From contig CAKOMW010000002.1 of the NCBI GenBank assembly GCA_934096805.1, positions 11,736-75,735 of the forward strand: a stretch of DNA of 64,000 bases, read 5' to 3'. Positions 21,533 through 31,745 of this stretch are shown here, piece by piece (the stretch's first letter is position 1; every line of letters begins with the position of its first letter). This DNA is from an uncultured Bacilli bacterium (GTDB taxonomy: Bacteria > Bacillota_I > Bacilli_A > RF39 > UBA660). The position numbers and the translations under genes are program-made. A model generated the notes under the pieces. It was given only the letters and a program-made list of their open reading frames with translations. It had not been told where the DNA came from and ran no database searches.

Positions 21533-21757
21533 TTTTAAAAACAAAATTTTTTCATAAACATCCTTACTAAGTTTTTCCTTAGCAATCTTTAAATAAGGAG
21601 TACAATCATACATAATATCCTTCCAATTATTTTTAACATAATAATAAATAATATCAACTTCATCATCTGAAATACTCAAATTTTCCTTAAAACAATAATT
21701 CTTAATATCATCCTTACTAAGTCTCTTTACATAACTTCCAATAATACTTTCATACAT
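21515..21757 (-). CDS. Small hypothetical protein (80 aa)
   Basis: Minus-strand ORF in a true intergenic gap, ending at a bidirectional terminator. No homolog recognised. Confidence 0.35.
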   Translation of the reverse strand: MYESIIGSYVKRLSKDDIKNYCFKENLSISDDEVDIIYYYVKNNWKDIMYDCTPYLKIAKEKLSKDVYEKILFLKEKYKF

Positions 21758-21797
21758 TTAAAATCACCTAATAATTTATATGTAAGTTTTTTTAAAA

Positions 21798-23861
21798 ATG
21801 AACCAAAATAATAATATGAGAAAAACAAATAATAATATAAAAAAAACTATTAACAAAAGAATCTTAATCATAGAAATACTAATTATTTCTATTTTTATCT
21901 GTGTCTTCATAAGAATAAGCTATTTAAACATCTTCCGTGGTGATTATTACAAAATGCTTTTAAACAACAAAACAAACGTCTATGTCTATGGCGATTCTAC
22001 ACCACGTGGTAAAATATATGACCGCAACATGACCCTCTTAGTAGACAATACATCAGTAAAAAGCATCTACTATAAAAAAGAAAAAAATATTACCCCAACA
22101 GAAGAAATAGAACTAGCATATCAAATAAGCAATAAACTAGACATAAGCTATAAAAAAGCAACCACTAGAATCCAAAAAGAATTCTTTATTTTAAAATATA
22201 AAGAATTAACAAACAAAAAAATAACATCACAAGAATTAGAAAAATTAAAAAATAGAAAACTAACCGAAGAAGACATCTACGAGTTAAAAATAAAAAGAAT
22301 CACCAAAGAAGATCTAAAAAAACTAAACAATAAAGACAAAAAAGTAGCATATATATACTATTTAATGAACAAAGGCTACTCATATGATGAAAAACTAATA
22401 AAAACACCAGCAACAGACAAAGAATATGCCTACATATCAGAAAACAAAAACGAATTAAAAGGCTTTACAACAAAATTAGAATGGAAAAGAAAATATCTAT
22501 ACGGTGATACTCTAAAATCAATCCTTGGAGAAGTATCAGAACCAAACAAAATTCCTGAAGAAGACCTAAAATACTACCTATCTCAAGGCTATTCCAGAGA
22601 CGATAGAGTAGGACTAACCGGAATCGAAAAACAATACGAAAAAATCCTAAAAGGAACCAAAGACAAATACAAAATAATGGACGATAACTCATTAAAACTA
22701 GTAGAAAAAGGAAAAAGAGGAAACGATATTGTTCTATCAATAGACATAAATCTTCAAAAAGAATTAGAAACAATGCTAAAAAAAGAAGTAATAAAAACAA
22801 AATATGAAAGAAACACTGACTTCTACAGTGGAAGTTTTATAATAATGCAACAACCAAAAACTGGAGAAATACTATCATTGCTTGGAGAACAAGTTTATTA
22901 TGATAAAAACGGTTACAAAACATATAATTATGAAGAAGGTAACATGCTAATGACAATAACGCCAGGTTCAGTTGTAAAAGGAGCCAGCATGATAGTAGGA
23001 TACAATAATAAAGCTATAAAAATAGGAACAAGCTTCTACGACAACTGTATATACCTATATAATTTACCAGAAAAATGTTCTTGGAAAACACTAGGACTAG
23101 TAAACGATCTCCAAGCCTTACAATACTCATCAAATGTTTATCAATACCTAACTGCCATGAAAGTTGGAGGTTTTAGCTACTATCCACATAAAAAACTAAA
23201 AATAGATGAAAAAGCCTTCTCAAAATACCGAGACGTTTACTATCAATTCGGATTAGGAGTAAAAACAGGAATAGATTATCCAAAAGAAGAAGTAGGGTAT
23301 AAAGGAGAAAACAAAGCCGGAGATCTTCTTATAAACTTTGCAATAGGGCAATATGACACCTATACACCACTTCAATTAAGTCAATACATAACAACTATAG
23401 CCAATAATGGAACAAGAGTAAAACCAAAACTTCTAAAAAAAGTGCTAAATCAACAAGGAGATACAATTTATGAAGAAACCCCAACAACTCTAAACAAAAT
23501 AAATACCAAAGAAAAATACTTAAAAAGAGTCCAAAAAGGTTTTAGGTTAGTAATGACAAATGGAACCGGTGTAGGTTATATAAATGAGACCTATAAACCA
23601 GCAGGAAAAACCGGAACCAGTGAAAGTTTTATAGACACAGATAATGATGGAACAATAGATAATCAAACAGTCAGCAATAACTTCATAGCCTATGCCCCAT
23701 ATAATAAACCAGTAGTTTCAATAATGACCTCATCCCCTAACGTTCAAAATCCTAAAAGAGGAGAGTATAAATCAAACATAAATTATAGATTAATGGAAAA
23801 AAGTAGTAACATTTTCTTCAAATATTACACAATTAAAGGAGAAAGAAGAAAAAATATATAA
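21798..23861 (+). CDS. Penicillin-binding protein 2-type transpeptidase
   Basis: N-terminal TM, dimerisation domain, transpeptidase domain with STVK-like and KTGT motifs (AGKTGT). 687 aa. Confidence 0.8.
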   Translation: MNQNNNMRKTNNNIKKTINKRILIIEILIISIFICVFIRISYLNIFRGDYYKMLLNNKTNVYVYGDSTPRGKIYDRNMTLLVDNTSVKSIYYKKEKNITPTEEIELAYQISNKLDISYKKATTRIQKEFFILKYKELTNKKITSQELEKLKNRKLTEEDIYELKIKRITKEDLKKLNNKDKKVAYIYYLMNKGYSYDEKLIKTPATDKEYAYISENKNELKGFTTKLEWKRKYLYGDTLKSILGEVSEPNKIPEEDLKYYLSQGYSRDDRVGLTGIEKQYEKILKGTKDKYKIMDDNSLKLVEKGKRGNDIVLSIDINLQKELETMLKKEVIKTKYERNTDFYSGSFIIMQQPKTGEILSLLGEQVYYDKNGYKTYNYEEGNMLMTITPGSVVKGASMIVGYNNKAIKIGTSFYDNCIYLYNLPEKCSWKTLGLVNDLQALQYSSNVYQYLTAMKVGGFSYYPHKKLKIDEKAFSKYRDVYYQFGLGVKTGIDYPKEEVGYKGENKAGDLLINFAIGQYDTYTPLQLSQYITTIANNGTRVKPKLLKKVLNQQGDTIYEETPTTLNKINTKEKYLKRVQKGFRLVMTNGTGVGYINETYKPAGKTGTSESFIDTDNDGTIDNQTVSNNFIAYAPYNKPVVSIMTSSPNVQNPKRGEYKSNINYRLMEKSSNIFFKYYTIKGERRKNI

Positions 23862-23924
23862 AAATGTTTTGATTTTTTGAAAAAATTTGATATAATATCT
23901 ATGGAAATGAGGAGGGATATTATG

Positions 23925-24086
23925 GCAAAATTTGAAAATAGACAAGGAAAAACACTTACTTGTACTGTATGTAAAAGTCAAAACTATCGTACAGAAAAAA
24001 ATGTAAAGAACACAACAGAACGTTTAGAATTAAACAAATACTGTCCTAAATGTAAAAAACACACATTACATAAAGAAGAAAAATAA
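23925..24086 (+). CDS. rpmG: 50S ribosomal protein L33
   Basis: C..C...NY.T.KN.....[17 protein letters not shown] zinc-ribbon signature. SD GAGGAGGG before the ATG at 23925. Confidence 0.85.
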   Translation, partial: AKFENRQGKTLTCTVCKSQNYRTEKNVKNTTERLELNKYCPKCKKHTLHKEEK

Positions 24087-24102
24087 TTAAGTAGGTGAAA
24101 AA

Positions 24103-24660
24103 ATGATAAATGTAAATGATTTTAAGACAGGTATGACTATTCAATTCGACGGAAATATTTACACTATACTAGAATTTCAACACGTAAAACCTGGTAAAGG
24201 AGCTGCTTTTGTAAGAACAAAATTAAAAAACTTAAGAACCGGAGCTACAACAGAATATACATTTAACTCTGCTACTAAAGTAGAATTAGCAAGAATTGAA
24301 AGAAAACCAATGCAATATTTATACTCAACCGGAGACGACTATACATTCATGAATATGGAAGATTACTCCCAAATTGATATAAATAAATCTAATCTTGGAG
24401 ATGACATAAAATATCTAAAAGAAAATCTAGATGTAGATATAACTTTCTTCGAAGGAGAAATGTTAGGACTATCCCTTCCAGATAAAATAGAAATGGAAGT
24501 AACAACAACCGAACCAGGAGTAAAAGGAAATACAACTTCAAGTGCAATGAAAGATGCAACTCTTGAAACTGGCTACATTGTAAAAGTACCTTTATTCATA
24601 AACGAAGGAGAAAAAATATTAATATCTACTAAAGATGGAAAATATGTATCAAGAGCATAA
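24103..24660 (+). CDS. efp: Elongation factor P
   Basis: KTGM.I..DG..Y.ILEFQHVKPGKGAAFVRTKLKNL.TG, 185 aa. Confidence 0.9.
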   Translation: MINVNDFKTGMTIQFDGNIYTILEFQHVKPGKGAAFVRTKLKNLRTGATTEYTFNSATKVELARIERKPMQYLYSTGDDYTFMNMEDYSQIDINKSNLGDDIKYLKENLDVDITFFEGEMLGLSLPDKIEMEVTTTEPGVKGNTTSSAMKDATLETGYIVKVPLFINEGEKILISTKDGKYVSRA

Positions 24661-24733
24661 CTATTAAAAATAATATAAAAACAAAACCAAATATATTGCT
24701 ATATTTATAAAAATATAATACAATATATTTAGT

Positions 24734-24808
24734 GCAGATGTGGTTCAATGGTTAGAACATGGCCTTGCCAAGGCTAGGATGCGGGTTCGATTCCCGTCAT
24801 TTGCTCCA
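24734..24808 (+). tRNA. tRNA-Gly (anticodon GCC)
   Basis: Manually folded cloverleaf. Acceptor GCAGATG/CATTTGC (one G-U), D-stem GTTC/GAAC, anticodon stem-loop TGGCC-TTGCCAA-GGCTA, T-arm GCGGG-TTCGATT-CCCGT, 3' CCA encoded. Confidence 0.85.
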
Positions 24809-24848
24809 GAAGCAAAAATCGTCGCACCAAAGCGATGTTAATGATAAA

Positions 24849-24874
24849 ATCAATCAGAGATGATTGATTTTTTT
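24849..24874 (+). terminator. Hairpin ATCAATC-AGAGAT-GATTGAT plus T-run downstream of tRNA-Gly. It is duplicated at 27031-27055.
   Basis: Perfect 7-bp stem followed by TTTTTT. The same hairpin with a GAAA loop recurs 2.2 kb downstream. Confidence 0.5.
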
Positions 24875-25178
24875 GTCGTTTAAGAAAGGTGTTGATGATA
24901 TTATGATAAAAATAATCAAACAAGAAATTAAAATAAATCATGAACTTAAAAGTAAAGTTGAATGGGCTTGTAGGCTTAATAATACTAAACCTATTTTCAT
25001 TAATGGTAGTTTATTAAAATTAGAGCCTACCAATATAGGCTATTTAGAGCCTCATAGAGCAATTATTAATAACAAGACATATCTTTTATTCAATGGACAC
25101 GAATTTGCTTACTACAGAGATTTAAATACCAAAATAAAACTATCTGATTTAAAAGATTTCATTAAAAAACTAAAATAA
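24864..25178 (+). CDS. Hypothetical protein (104 aa). A decayed second copy lies at about 27094-27290.
   Basis: ORF with no recognisable domain. The N-terminal IKIIKQEIK.. region is repeated in a frame-disrupted copy. Confidence 0.4.
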   Translation: MIFLSFKKGVDDIMIKIIKQEIKINHELKSKVEWACRLNNTKPIFINGSLLKLEPTNIGYLEPHRAIINNKTYLLFNGHEFAYYRDLNTKIKLSDLKDFIKKLK

Positions 25179-25369
25179 TGACGAAATCTGTGTTATAACC
25201 CGACTTTTTCATTTAGTAACTGAAAAAGTCGGGAATAGTTTGCGAGATTTAATTTCACTTCCAACAGTTGGATATATACTATAAAATGTTGGTTGAATAT
25301 TGGATCTGGCAGATTAGTGATAAAATTCGTTGAAATTGTGATATAATTATATATAGGGGAAGATATACT

Positions 25370-25969
25370 ATGTTAGTAATTTTTGAGGGATTAGATAATT
25401 GTGGTAAAACGACGTTAGTTCAAATGATAAAAGAATATTATATGAAATTAGATATTCCAGTAGAAATTTCAAAAGAGTTTGAAACAAATATTGGTAAAGA
25501 ATTAAAGCAAATGGCAAAATAAGGAACATTAGATCCGATTTTAAAGGCTTATTTATTTGCAACTGATAGATATATAAGAATGAAAAATATTACTAATGAT
25601 GATTTTAAAGAAAAAATAATGCTGTTTGATAGATATGTACCTTCCGCCTTAGCTTATCGTATGGTAGAAGGTGTAGATAAGAATTGGGTGGCTAACATCA
25701 ATTCGATTTTTCCAAAGGCTGATCTTGGATTTTTTATTGATATCACACCAGAGGACTCTATTAAGAGAAATACTGATGCAAAATTTAATATTAAATCATC
25801 TGCCGAGCACTTAGCAAAAGTTAGAAATGCATATTTATCTATTATAAATGAGAATAACCTAATACATGTTAATGGAATGCAACCTATTGAGTATATATTT
25901 GATGAAGTAATTAGTAATATTGAGGAGTACAGAAAAAGATATGAAAAAAGATACGGAAAAAGAATTTAA
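25370..25969 (+). pseudogene. Thymidylate kinase (Tmk)-like gene interrupted by an in-frame TAA at 25521-25523
   Basis: P-loop VIFEGLDNCGKTT, then a stop, then LFATDRY (LID) and DRYVPSALAYR (DRY motif) continue in the same frame. Confidence 0.5.
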
Positions 25970-26540
25970 TAATTTAATAGAAAATATTAAAAAATGTGAA
26001 ATTTGCAAAGATAAGTTTGGATTTCAACCACATCCTATATTTTTAGGAAATATTAATTCAAAGATAGTTCAAATAAGTCAGGCTCCATCTGCTACCGTTC
26101 ATGAAACATTAAAACCATTTACAGATCAAAGTGGAAAAAAACTAAAATATGAGTGGTATATGATAGACGATGACACATTTTATAATCCAAACAATTTTTA
26201 TATAGCAGCTCTAGCTCATTGCTATCCAGGAAAAGATAAAAATGGAAATGATAAAATACCGCCAAAGATTTGTTATGAAACTTGGATAAGAAAAGAACTA
26301 GAATATATTAATAACAAAATTTATATAATAATTGGTGCAAAATCAGCAAAAGTGTTTTTTCCAAAGGAAAATTTTAATGAATTAATTTTTAAAGATAATT
26401 ACATAAATGGAAAACCAGCTATAGTGTTACCACACCCTTCTCCGCTTAATATAAAATGGTTCAAGGACCACCCAAATTTTATGAATAAAAGAATATTAGA
26501 AATTAGAAAAATAATAAATAATGTATTGGAGGAAAAATAA
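25920..26540 (+). CDS. Uracil-DNA glycosylase superfamily protein
   Basis: C.IC......FGF.P.PIF.G.....IV.ISQAPS motif-A region and the HPSPLN motif B. Confidence 0.5.
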   Translation: MRSTEKDMKKDTEKEFNNLIENIKKCEICKDKFGFQPHPIFLGNINSKIVQISQAPSATVHETLKPFTDQSGKKLKYEWYMIDDDTFYNPNNFYIAALAHCYPGKDKNGNDKIPPKICYETWIRKELEYINNKIYIIIGAKSAKVFFPKENFNELIFKDNYINGKPAIVLPHPSPLNIKWFKDHPNFMNKRILEIRKIINNVLEEK

Positions 26541-26855
26541 ATGATAGATTTAAAACAATTACAAAAAGATATTTATAAAAATAAATTGGATAAGGGATTT
26601 AATGTAACAGACATTAATAAAGAATTTTGCTTAACATATGGTGAAATGGCAGAAGCATACGAAGCTTGGAGAAAAAAACAAACAGACGTTGGAGAAGAAA
26701 TTGCGGATGTAGTAATATATTTGCTTGGCTTATCAGAGATTTTAAATGTAGATTTAGAAACCGAAATTTTAAAAAAAGTAAATAAAAATAAACATAGAAA
26801 ATATAAAATTATTAATGGGGTAAATACAAGAGTTAAAGAATACAAAGAAGAATAA
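26541..26855 (+). CDS. MazG-like nucleotide pyrophosphohydrolase (all-alpha NTP-PPase)
   Basis: EE.AE...AWRKK and EE.ADV..YLLGL divalent-cation-binding EExxE/D motifs. 104 aa. Confidence 0.5.
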   Translation: MIDLKQLQKDIYKNKLDKGFNVTDINKEFCLTYGEMAEAYEAWRKKQTDVGEEIADVVIYLLGLSEILNVDLETEILKKVNKNKHRKYKIINGVNTRVKEYKEE

Positions 26856-26968
26856 AACTTAAACCTGTTGATAAAAATATTAATATATTGTTACTAAAAT
26901 AAACAAATATGTTATACTATTAATAGATTGATTTAATCAATTACTTGTTTCTATTTTTTCGCAAATGA

Positions 26969-27300
26969 CCCATGTCATTGCTCCATTGACGAATCTGTTC
27001 GAACTATTTAGTTTGAACTCGATATATAGAATCAATCGAAAGATTGATTTTTTTGTGTCTTACAAAGAAATCATCCTAAAGAAAGTATGGTGTTTATGAT
27101 TAATATTATCAAACAAGAAATTAGAGTTTATTTGTGATTTTTGTAATACTACTCCTATATTTATAAATGGAAGTATTAGAAAAATTGATAAATCTAATTT
27201 GGCTTATGTTGAACCTCACAAAATAATTATCAATAATATAATGTTTCTTGTTTTTAATTATTCTAATGATGTTTATATCAAAAACTAAATTTTCTAATTA
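26969..27300 (+). repeat. Degenerate duplicate of 24793-25180 (tRNA-Gly 3'-end remnant + hairpin/T-run + decayed hypothetical ORF)
   Basis: CCCATGTCATTGCTCCA versus tRNA 3' CCCGTCATTTGCTCCA. Same ATCAATC..GATTGAT hairpin. MINIIKQEIR.. copy with frame disruptions. Confidence 0.55.
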
Positions 27301-27568
27301 GATTAGAAAAACTTATATCTGATTTATTTATAGGTGAAATAGTACAAATAAGCCTAGTTGTACTGCTTCGCTCTTTTTTAGTTTACACTTTTCAAAAAAA
27401 TTTACATTTATACCAATATATGATATGATAAAATAAAATAAAAACATAACTATTTATAATAATATATAAAGCAAAAAAATCCTAACACTTTATCAGTAAC
27501 AGTACTATAATAAAATTAAAAACAATAAATATAATAACCAAAAATTTAAATCTTAAGGAGATGATAAT

Positions 27569-28270
27569 ATGGCTTATATAAAATTTGAGAATGTCGACAA
27601 AACTTATAAAATGGGAGAAGTAAAAATAGAAGCTTTAAAAAATACTTCATTTGAAATAGAAAAGGGAGAATTGGTTTGCATACTAGGTCCATCTGGTGCT
27701 GGCAAAACAACATGTCTAAATATTTTAGGAGGAATGGATACCTTAACAAATGGTAAAGTTATTGTTGATGGTGTTAGAATAGATAAATTAAAAGAAAGAG
27801 AACTAATTAAATATAGAAGAAATGATATAGGATTTGTTTTCCAATTTTATAATTTAATTCAAAACATGAATGTGCTTGAAAATGTAGAACTTGCAACTCA
27901 ATTATGTAAAGACTCTTTAGAACCAAACTTAATTTTAAATAAAGTAGGCTTAAAAATGAGAAAAAACAATTTTCCTTCTCAACTTTCAGGTGGTGAACAA
28001 CAAAGAGTTGCTATAGCAAGAGCAATATGCAAAAATCCTAAATTATTATTATGTGATGAACCAACTGGAGCATTAGATTATAATACAGGAAAACAAATCC
28101 TAAAACTATTACAAGATACATGCAGAAATGAAAAAATGACAGTTATTATTATTACACACAATTCAGCAATAAGCCCAATGGCAGACAAAATAATAAAATT
28201 TAAAAACGGTTCTGTTAGCGATGTTATTATAAATAAAAAGCCAAAAAGTATTGAGGATATTGAGTGGTAA
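27569..28270 (+). CDS. ABC transporter ATP-binding protein (MacB/FtsE-LolD-like)
   Basis: Walker [11 protein letters not shown]-loop, signature [14 protein letters not shown], Walker [13 protein letters not shown]. Confidence 0.85.
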   Translation: MAYIKFENVDKTYKMGEVKIEALKNTSFEIEKGELVCILGPSGAGKTTCLNILGGMDTLTNGKVIVDGVRIDKLKERELIKYRRNDIGFVFQFYNLIQNMNVLENVELATQLCKDSLEPNLILNKVGLKMRKNNFPSQLSGGEQQRVAIARAICKNPKLLLCDEPTGALDYNTGKQILKLLQDTCRNEKMTVIIITHNSAISPMADKIIKFKNGSVSDVIINKKPKSIEDIEW

Positions 28271-28271
28271 T

Positions 28272-30737
28272 ATGAAAAGTATGATAATAAAACATATCTT
28301 CATGAAAATAAAAGACAACTATAAAAGATTTTTGTCATTATTATCTATGGCACTTCTTGGAGTCGGATTTTATGCAGGTATTCAAGCATGCAGTCCCGAT
28401 ATGCTAAACACTCTAGATAATTTTTATGATACTAATAATGTTTATGATATAGAAATTATCTCAAATTTAGGAATGACAAGTGAAGATATAAAAGAATTAA
28501 CAAAAATTAATAACATCGAAAAAGTAATCGGAACCTTTTCAAAAGACGTTTACATGCATAATAACAATGATCAATACGTAGTAAAATTAATTGGAATAAA
28601 TAACGATATAAATAATACTTATATAGAAGAAGGAAGATTACCTAACAGTAATAACGAAATAGTAGTAGAAAAAACACTGCTAGAAGATAATAATTTAAAA
28701 ATAAACGATACAATAGTCATAGAAAATAAAAATTATAATATAGTTGGTACAGTAATTAGTCCATTATATTTTTCAACTGAAAGACCCAACACAACTCTTG
28801 GAAGTGGAAAAGTTAATTACTATGCATATGTTGCAGAAGATGCTATAAAAAGTGATACATTCACAAATGTCTACATAACCGTATTAGGAGCCAAAAATGA
28901 AGTTACAAACAGCGATAAATACAAATCAATTATTCAAAAAGTTACCAATAATATTGAACAAATCAAAAAAAATAGAGAAGACGAAAGATATAAAGAATTA
29001 TATGAAGAAACAATCAAAAATAGTCAAGAATATGGAATTGCTCTTAATCAATCAGAATTAGTTAAACCTAAATGGCATATTTTTAATAGACTTGACAATG
29101 CTGCATATAAAGAACTCATAAATGCCAGCGACAATATAAAAAAACTAGGGAATGTTTTCCCACTAATATTTTTCGGTATTGCAGTATTAGTAAGTCTTAT
29201 CTCTATGATGAGAATGATAGAAGAAGACAGAACGGAAAACGGAACTTTGAAATCGCTTGGTTATAATAATTTTGAAATAACATCAAAATATATCATATAT
29301 TCGTTATTTGCAACAATTACAGGTAGTATTTTAGGAATTTTCCTCGGTTCATACTTAATACCATATGTAATATGGAATATTTATAAAAAATTATTTTTTA
29401 TCCCTGAATTTATATACTTAATCAATAATAGTTACAATGCGATAGGACTATGGATATGTATATTATGTATATGCGGTACTGCCATATTTGTCTGTACTCA
29501 TAATTTAAAAGACGTTCCAGCTAACTTAATGAGACCTAAAGAACCAAAAAGTGGAAAAAAAATATTTGTAGAAAAAATAACATTCATTTGGAAAAAATTA
29601 AAATTTTCAGATAAAATTACGATAAGAAATATTTTTAGATATAAAATCAGAGTCCTAACAACCATCTTTGGTATTGCTGGTTGTACAGCCTTGATACTTG
29701 CTGGATTTGGACTAAAAGACTCCATTAAAAATGTTACCAATTATCAATTCAACAATATATTTAAATACGATAAAATGCTAATGATAAATGAACACAAAGA
29801 TTACAATCAAATAAAAAATAGTTTAGAAAACGATTTATATGTAAACAAAATAGTAGAAGTTAATACACAAAATATTACAATATCCTATAATGGCGAAGAA
29901 CAAAATGTAACAACACTAACACCAAATAATTTTGAAGAATTAAATAACGTTATATCACTTATTGATATAAATGATAATAAAAAAATAAACAACGAAATTA
30001 TAGAAAACACATGCATTATAAGCGAAAAAACATCAAAATTATTAAACATCGAAGTTGGAGATAAAATTACATTATTAGATAATGAAAATAATCAAAAACA
30101 ATTAAAAGTATCATATATAACTAAAAACTATATTAACCAATACCTATATATTACAAAAAACACATACAACAATTTATTCGGTGAATACAATATTAATTCA
30201 CTTTTAGTAGACTTAAACAATATAACCAAAGAAGAAAAATCCTCTTTTGATAAAAACTATATTAATAACGGTTATGCAGTAGCAATAATTGATAATGAAG
30301 ACATTAAAACTTCTATGAATGACATGCTATCTTCGATCAATTCCATAGTAGCAATCTTGATTATTGCTGCAACTGCATTAGCATTTGTTGTATTATATAA
30401 TTTATCTAATATTAATATTAGCGAAAGAAAAAGAGAAATAGCAACATTAAAAGTATTAGGTTTTTATCCAAAAGAAGTTGATAAATATATTAATAGTGAA
30501 ACAATTATCTTAACAATAATTGGAATAGTATTAGGACTATTCTTTGGTTCATATTTAAGCCATTTCATCATTTCAACTTGTGAACCTGATTATATAATGT
30601 TTGACCGCCAAGTTTATACCATAAGTTATATATACTCATCATTAATAACAATAATATTTACTATAATAGTAAACATAGTAACTCATTATAATTTGAAAAA
30701 AATAAACATGATAGAATCATTAAAAAACGTTGAATAA
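28272..30737 (+). CDS. ABC transporter permease, FtsX/MacB-type with large extracytoplasmic domains
   Basis: Two FtsX-like 4-TM modules separated by long extracellular segments. About 820 aa, follows the ATPase. Confidence 0.75.
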   Translation: MKSMIIKHIFMKIKDNYKRFLSLLSMALLGVGFYAGIQACSPDMLNTLDNFYDTNNVYDIEIISNLGMTSEDIKELTKINNIEKVIGTFSKDVYMHNNNDQYVVKLIGINNDINNTYIEEGRLPNSNNEIVVEKTLLEDNNLKINDTIVIENKNYNIVGTVISPLYFSTERPNTTLGSGKVNYYAYVAEDAIKSDTFTNVYITVLGAKNEVTNSDKYKSIIQKVTNNIEQIKKNREDERYKELYEETIKNSQEYGIALNQSELVKPKWHIFNRLDNAAYKELINASDNIKKLGNVFPLIFFGIAVLVSLISMMRMIEEDRTENGTLKSLGYNNFEITSKYIIYSLFATITGSILGIFLGSYLIPYVIWNIYKKLFFIPEFIYLINNSYNAIGLWICILCICGTAIFVCTHNLKDVPANLMRPKEPKSGKKIFVEKITFIWKKLKFSDKITIRNIFRYKIRVLTTIFGIAGCTALILAGFGLKDSIKNVTNYQFNNIFKYDKMLMINEHKDYNQIKNSLENDLYVNKIVEVNTQNITISYNGEEQNVTTLTPNNFEELNNVISLIDINDNKKINNEIIENTCIISEKTSKLLNIEVGDKITLLDNENNQKQLKVSYITKNYINQYLYITKNTYNNLFGEYNINSLLVDLNNITKEEKSSFDKNYINNGYAVAIIDNEDIKTSMNDMLSSINSIVAILIIAATALAFVVLYNLSNINISERKREIATLKVLGFYPKEVDKYINSETIILTIIGIVLGLFFGSYLSHFIISTCEPDYIMFDRQVYTISYIYSSLITIIFTIIVNIVTHYNLKKINMIESLKNVE

Positions 30738-30786
30738 TTATTAAAAATACAAAACATTAGTTTTCTCACAAAAAAGGAGGCAAAAC

Positions 30787-30996
30787 ATGACAAAAGAAAT
30801 AAAAATAAGTATTGGCTTAATCATAATGGGAGAAGCATTATTTCTAGTAAACAAATACTTACTAGGCGACAAAACCGGTAATATAACCAACTTCACATCT
30901 GGAGTTTTAGTGGGAATATCATTGGGATTGAAACTAACAGCCTTGATAATCCTAATAATTCAAATACTTAAAAAAGAAAAATCCACTAAAAAATAA
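30787..30996 (+). CDS. Small hypothetical membrane protein (69 aa)
   Basis: SD AAGGAGG, two predicted TM helices. Confidence 0.3.
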   Translation: MTKEIKISIGLIIMGEALFLVNKYLLGDKTGNITNFTSGVLVGISLGLKLTALIILIIQILKKEKSTKK

Positions 30997-31085
30997 AAAA
31001 AATAAAAACTTCGTAAAAAGCGAGGTTTTATTTTGTGAAAACAAACATAAGTGATATAATAAAATAAAAGGTTATAGGTGAAAAA

Positions 31086-31745
31086 ATGAAAACAGAAGAA
31101 ATATTTATAAGCAATGAAAGCATTGCCATAGAACTAATTAGAAAACATTCTTATCCCCACGAAATTCTAAAAGAAATAAAAGACTATATAATAACTATAG
31201 GAAACAAACTAGATAACAATTATTTAAAACAAGATGAAAACATTTGGATTCACAAAAGTGCCAAAGTAGAAACAACAGCCAAAATAATCGGACCATGTAT
31301 TATTGATGAAAACGCCGAAATAAGACACTGTGCTTTTATTCGCGGAGGAGTAATAATAGGTAAAAACACCGTCCTAGGAAATTCATGCGAAATAAAAAAT
31401 TCAATTCTCTTTGACAACGTACAAGTCCCACACTTCAACTACATTGGCGACTCAATCCTAGGTACTCATGCTCATATGGGAGCAGGAAGCATCACATCAA
31501 ATGTGAAAAGTGATAGAAAACCAGTTAGAATAAAAGAAAACAATAAAATAATTGAAACAAACTTAAAAAAAGTTGGTGCCTTCCTTGGAGACAACGTTGA
31601 AGTAGGGTGCAACAGTGTCCTAAACCCAGGAACAATAATTGGACCAAACACAAATATATACCCTTTAACATCAGTAAGAGGGGTAATACCAAAAAATAGC
31701 ATAGTAAAAAGTACAAATAATATAATAAGAAAGGAAGAAATATAA
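31086..31745 (+). CDS. Left-handed beta-helix (hexapeptide-repeat) protein, GlmU C-terminal acetyltransferase-like
   Basis: VPHFNYIGDSILG...GAGSITSN hexapeptide repeats. Immediately upstream of glmM. Confidence 0.5.
   Translation: MKTEEIFISNESIAIELIRKHSYPHEILKEIKDYIITIGNKLDNNYLKQDENIWIHKSAKVETTAKIIGPCIIDENAEIRHCAFIRGGVIIGKNTVLGNSCEIKNSILFDNVQVPHFNYIGDSILGTHAHMGAGSITSNVKSDRKPVRIKENNKIIETNLKKVGAFLGDNVEVGCNSVLNPGTIIGPNTNIYPLTSVRGVIPKNSIVKSTNNIIRKEEI

Noticed and set aside
25368-25562. Minus-strand 64-aa ORF in the tmk-like region
   Set aside because: The + strand encodes clear Tmk motifs here, and the minus ORF is its shadow.
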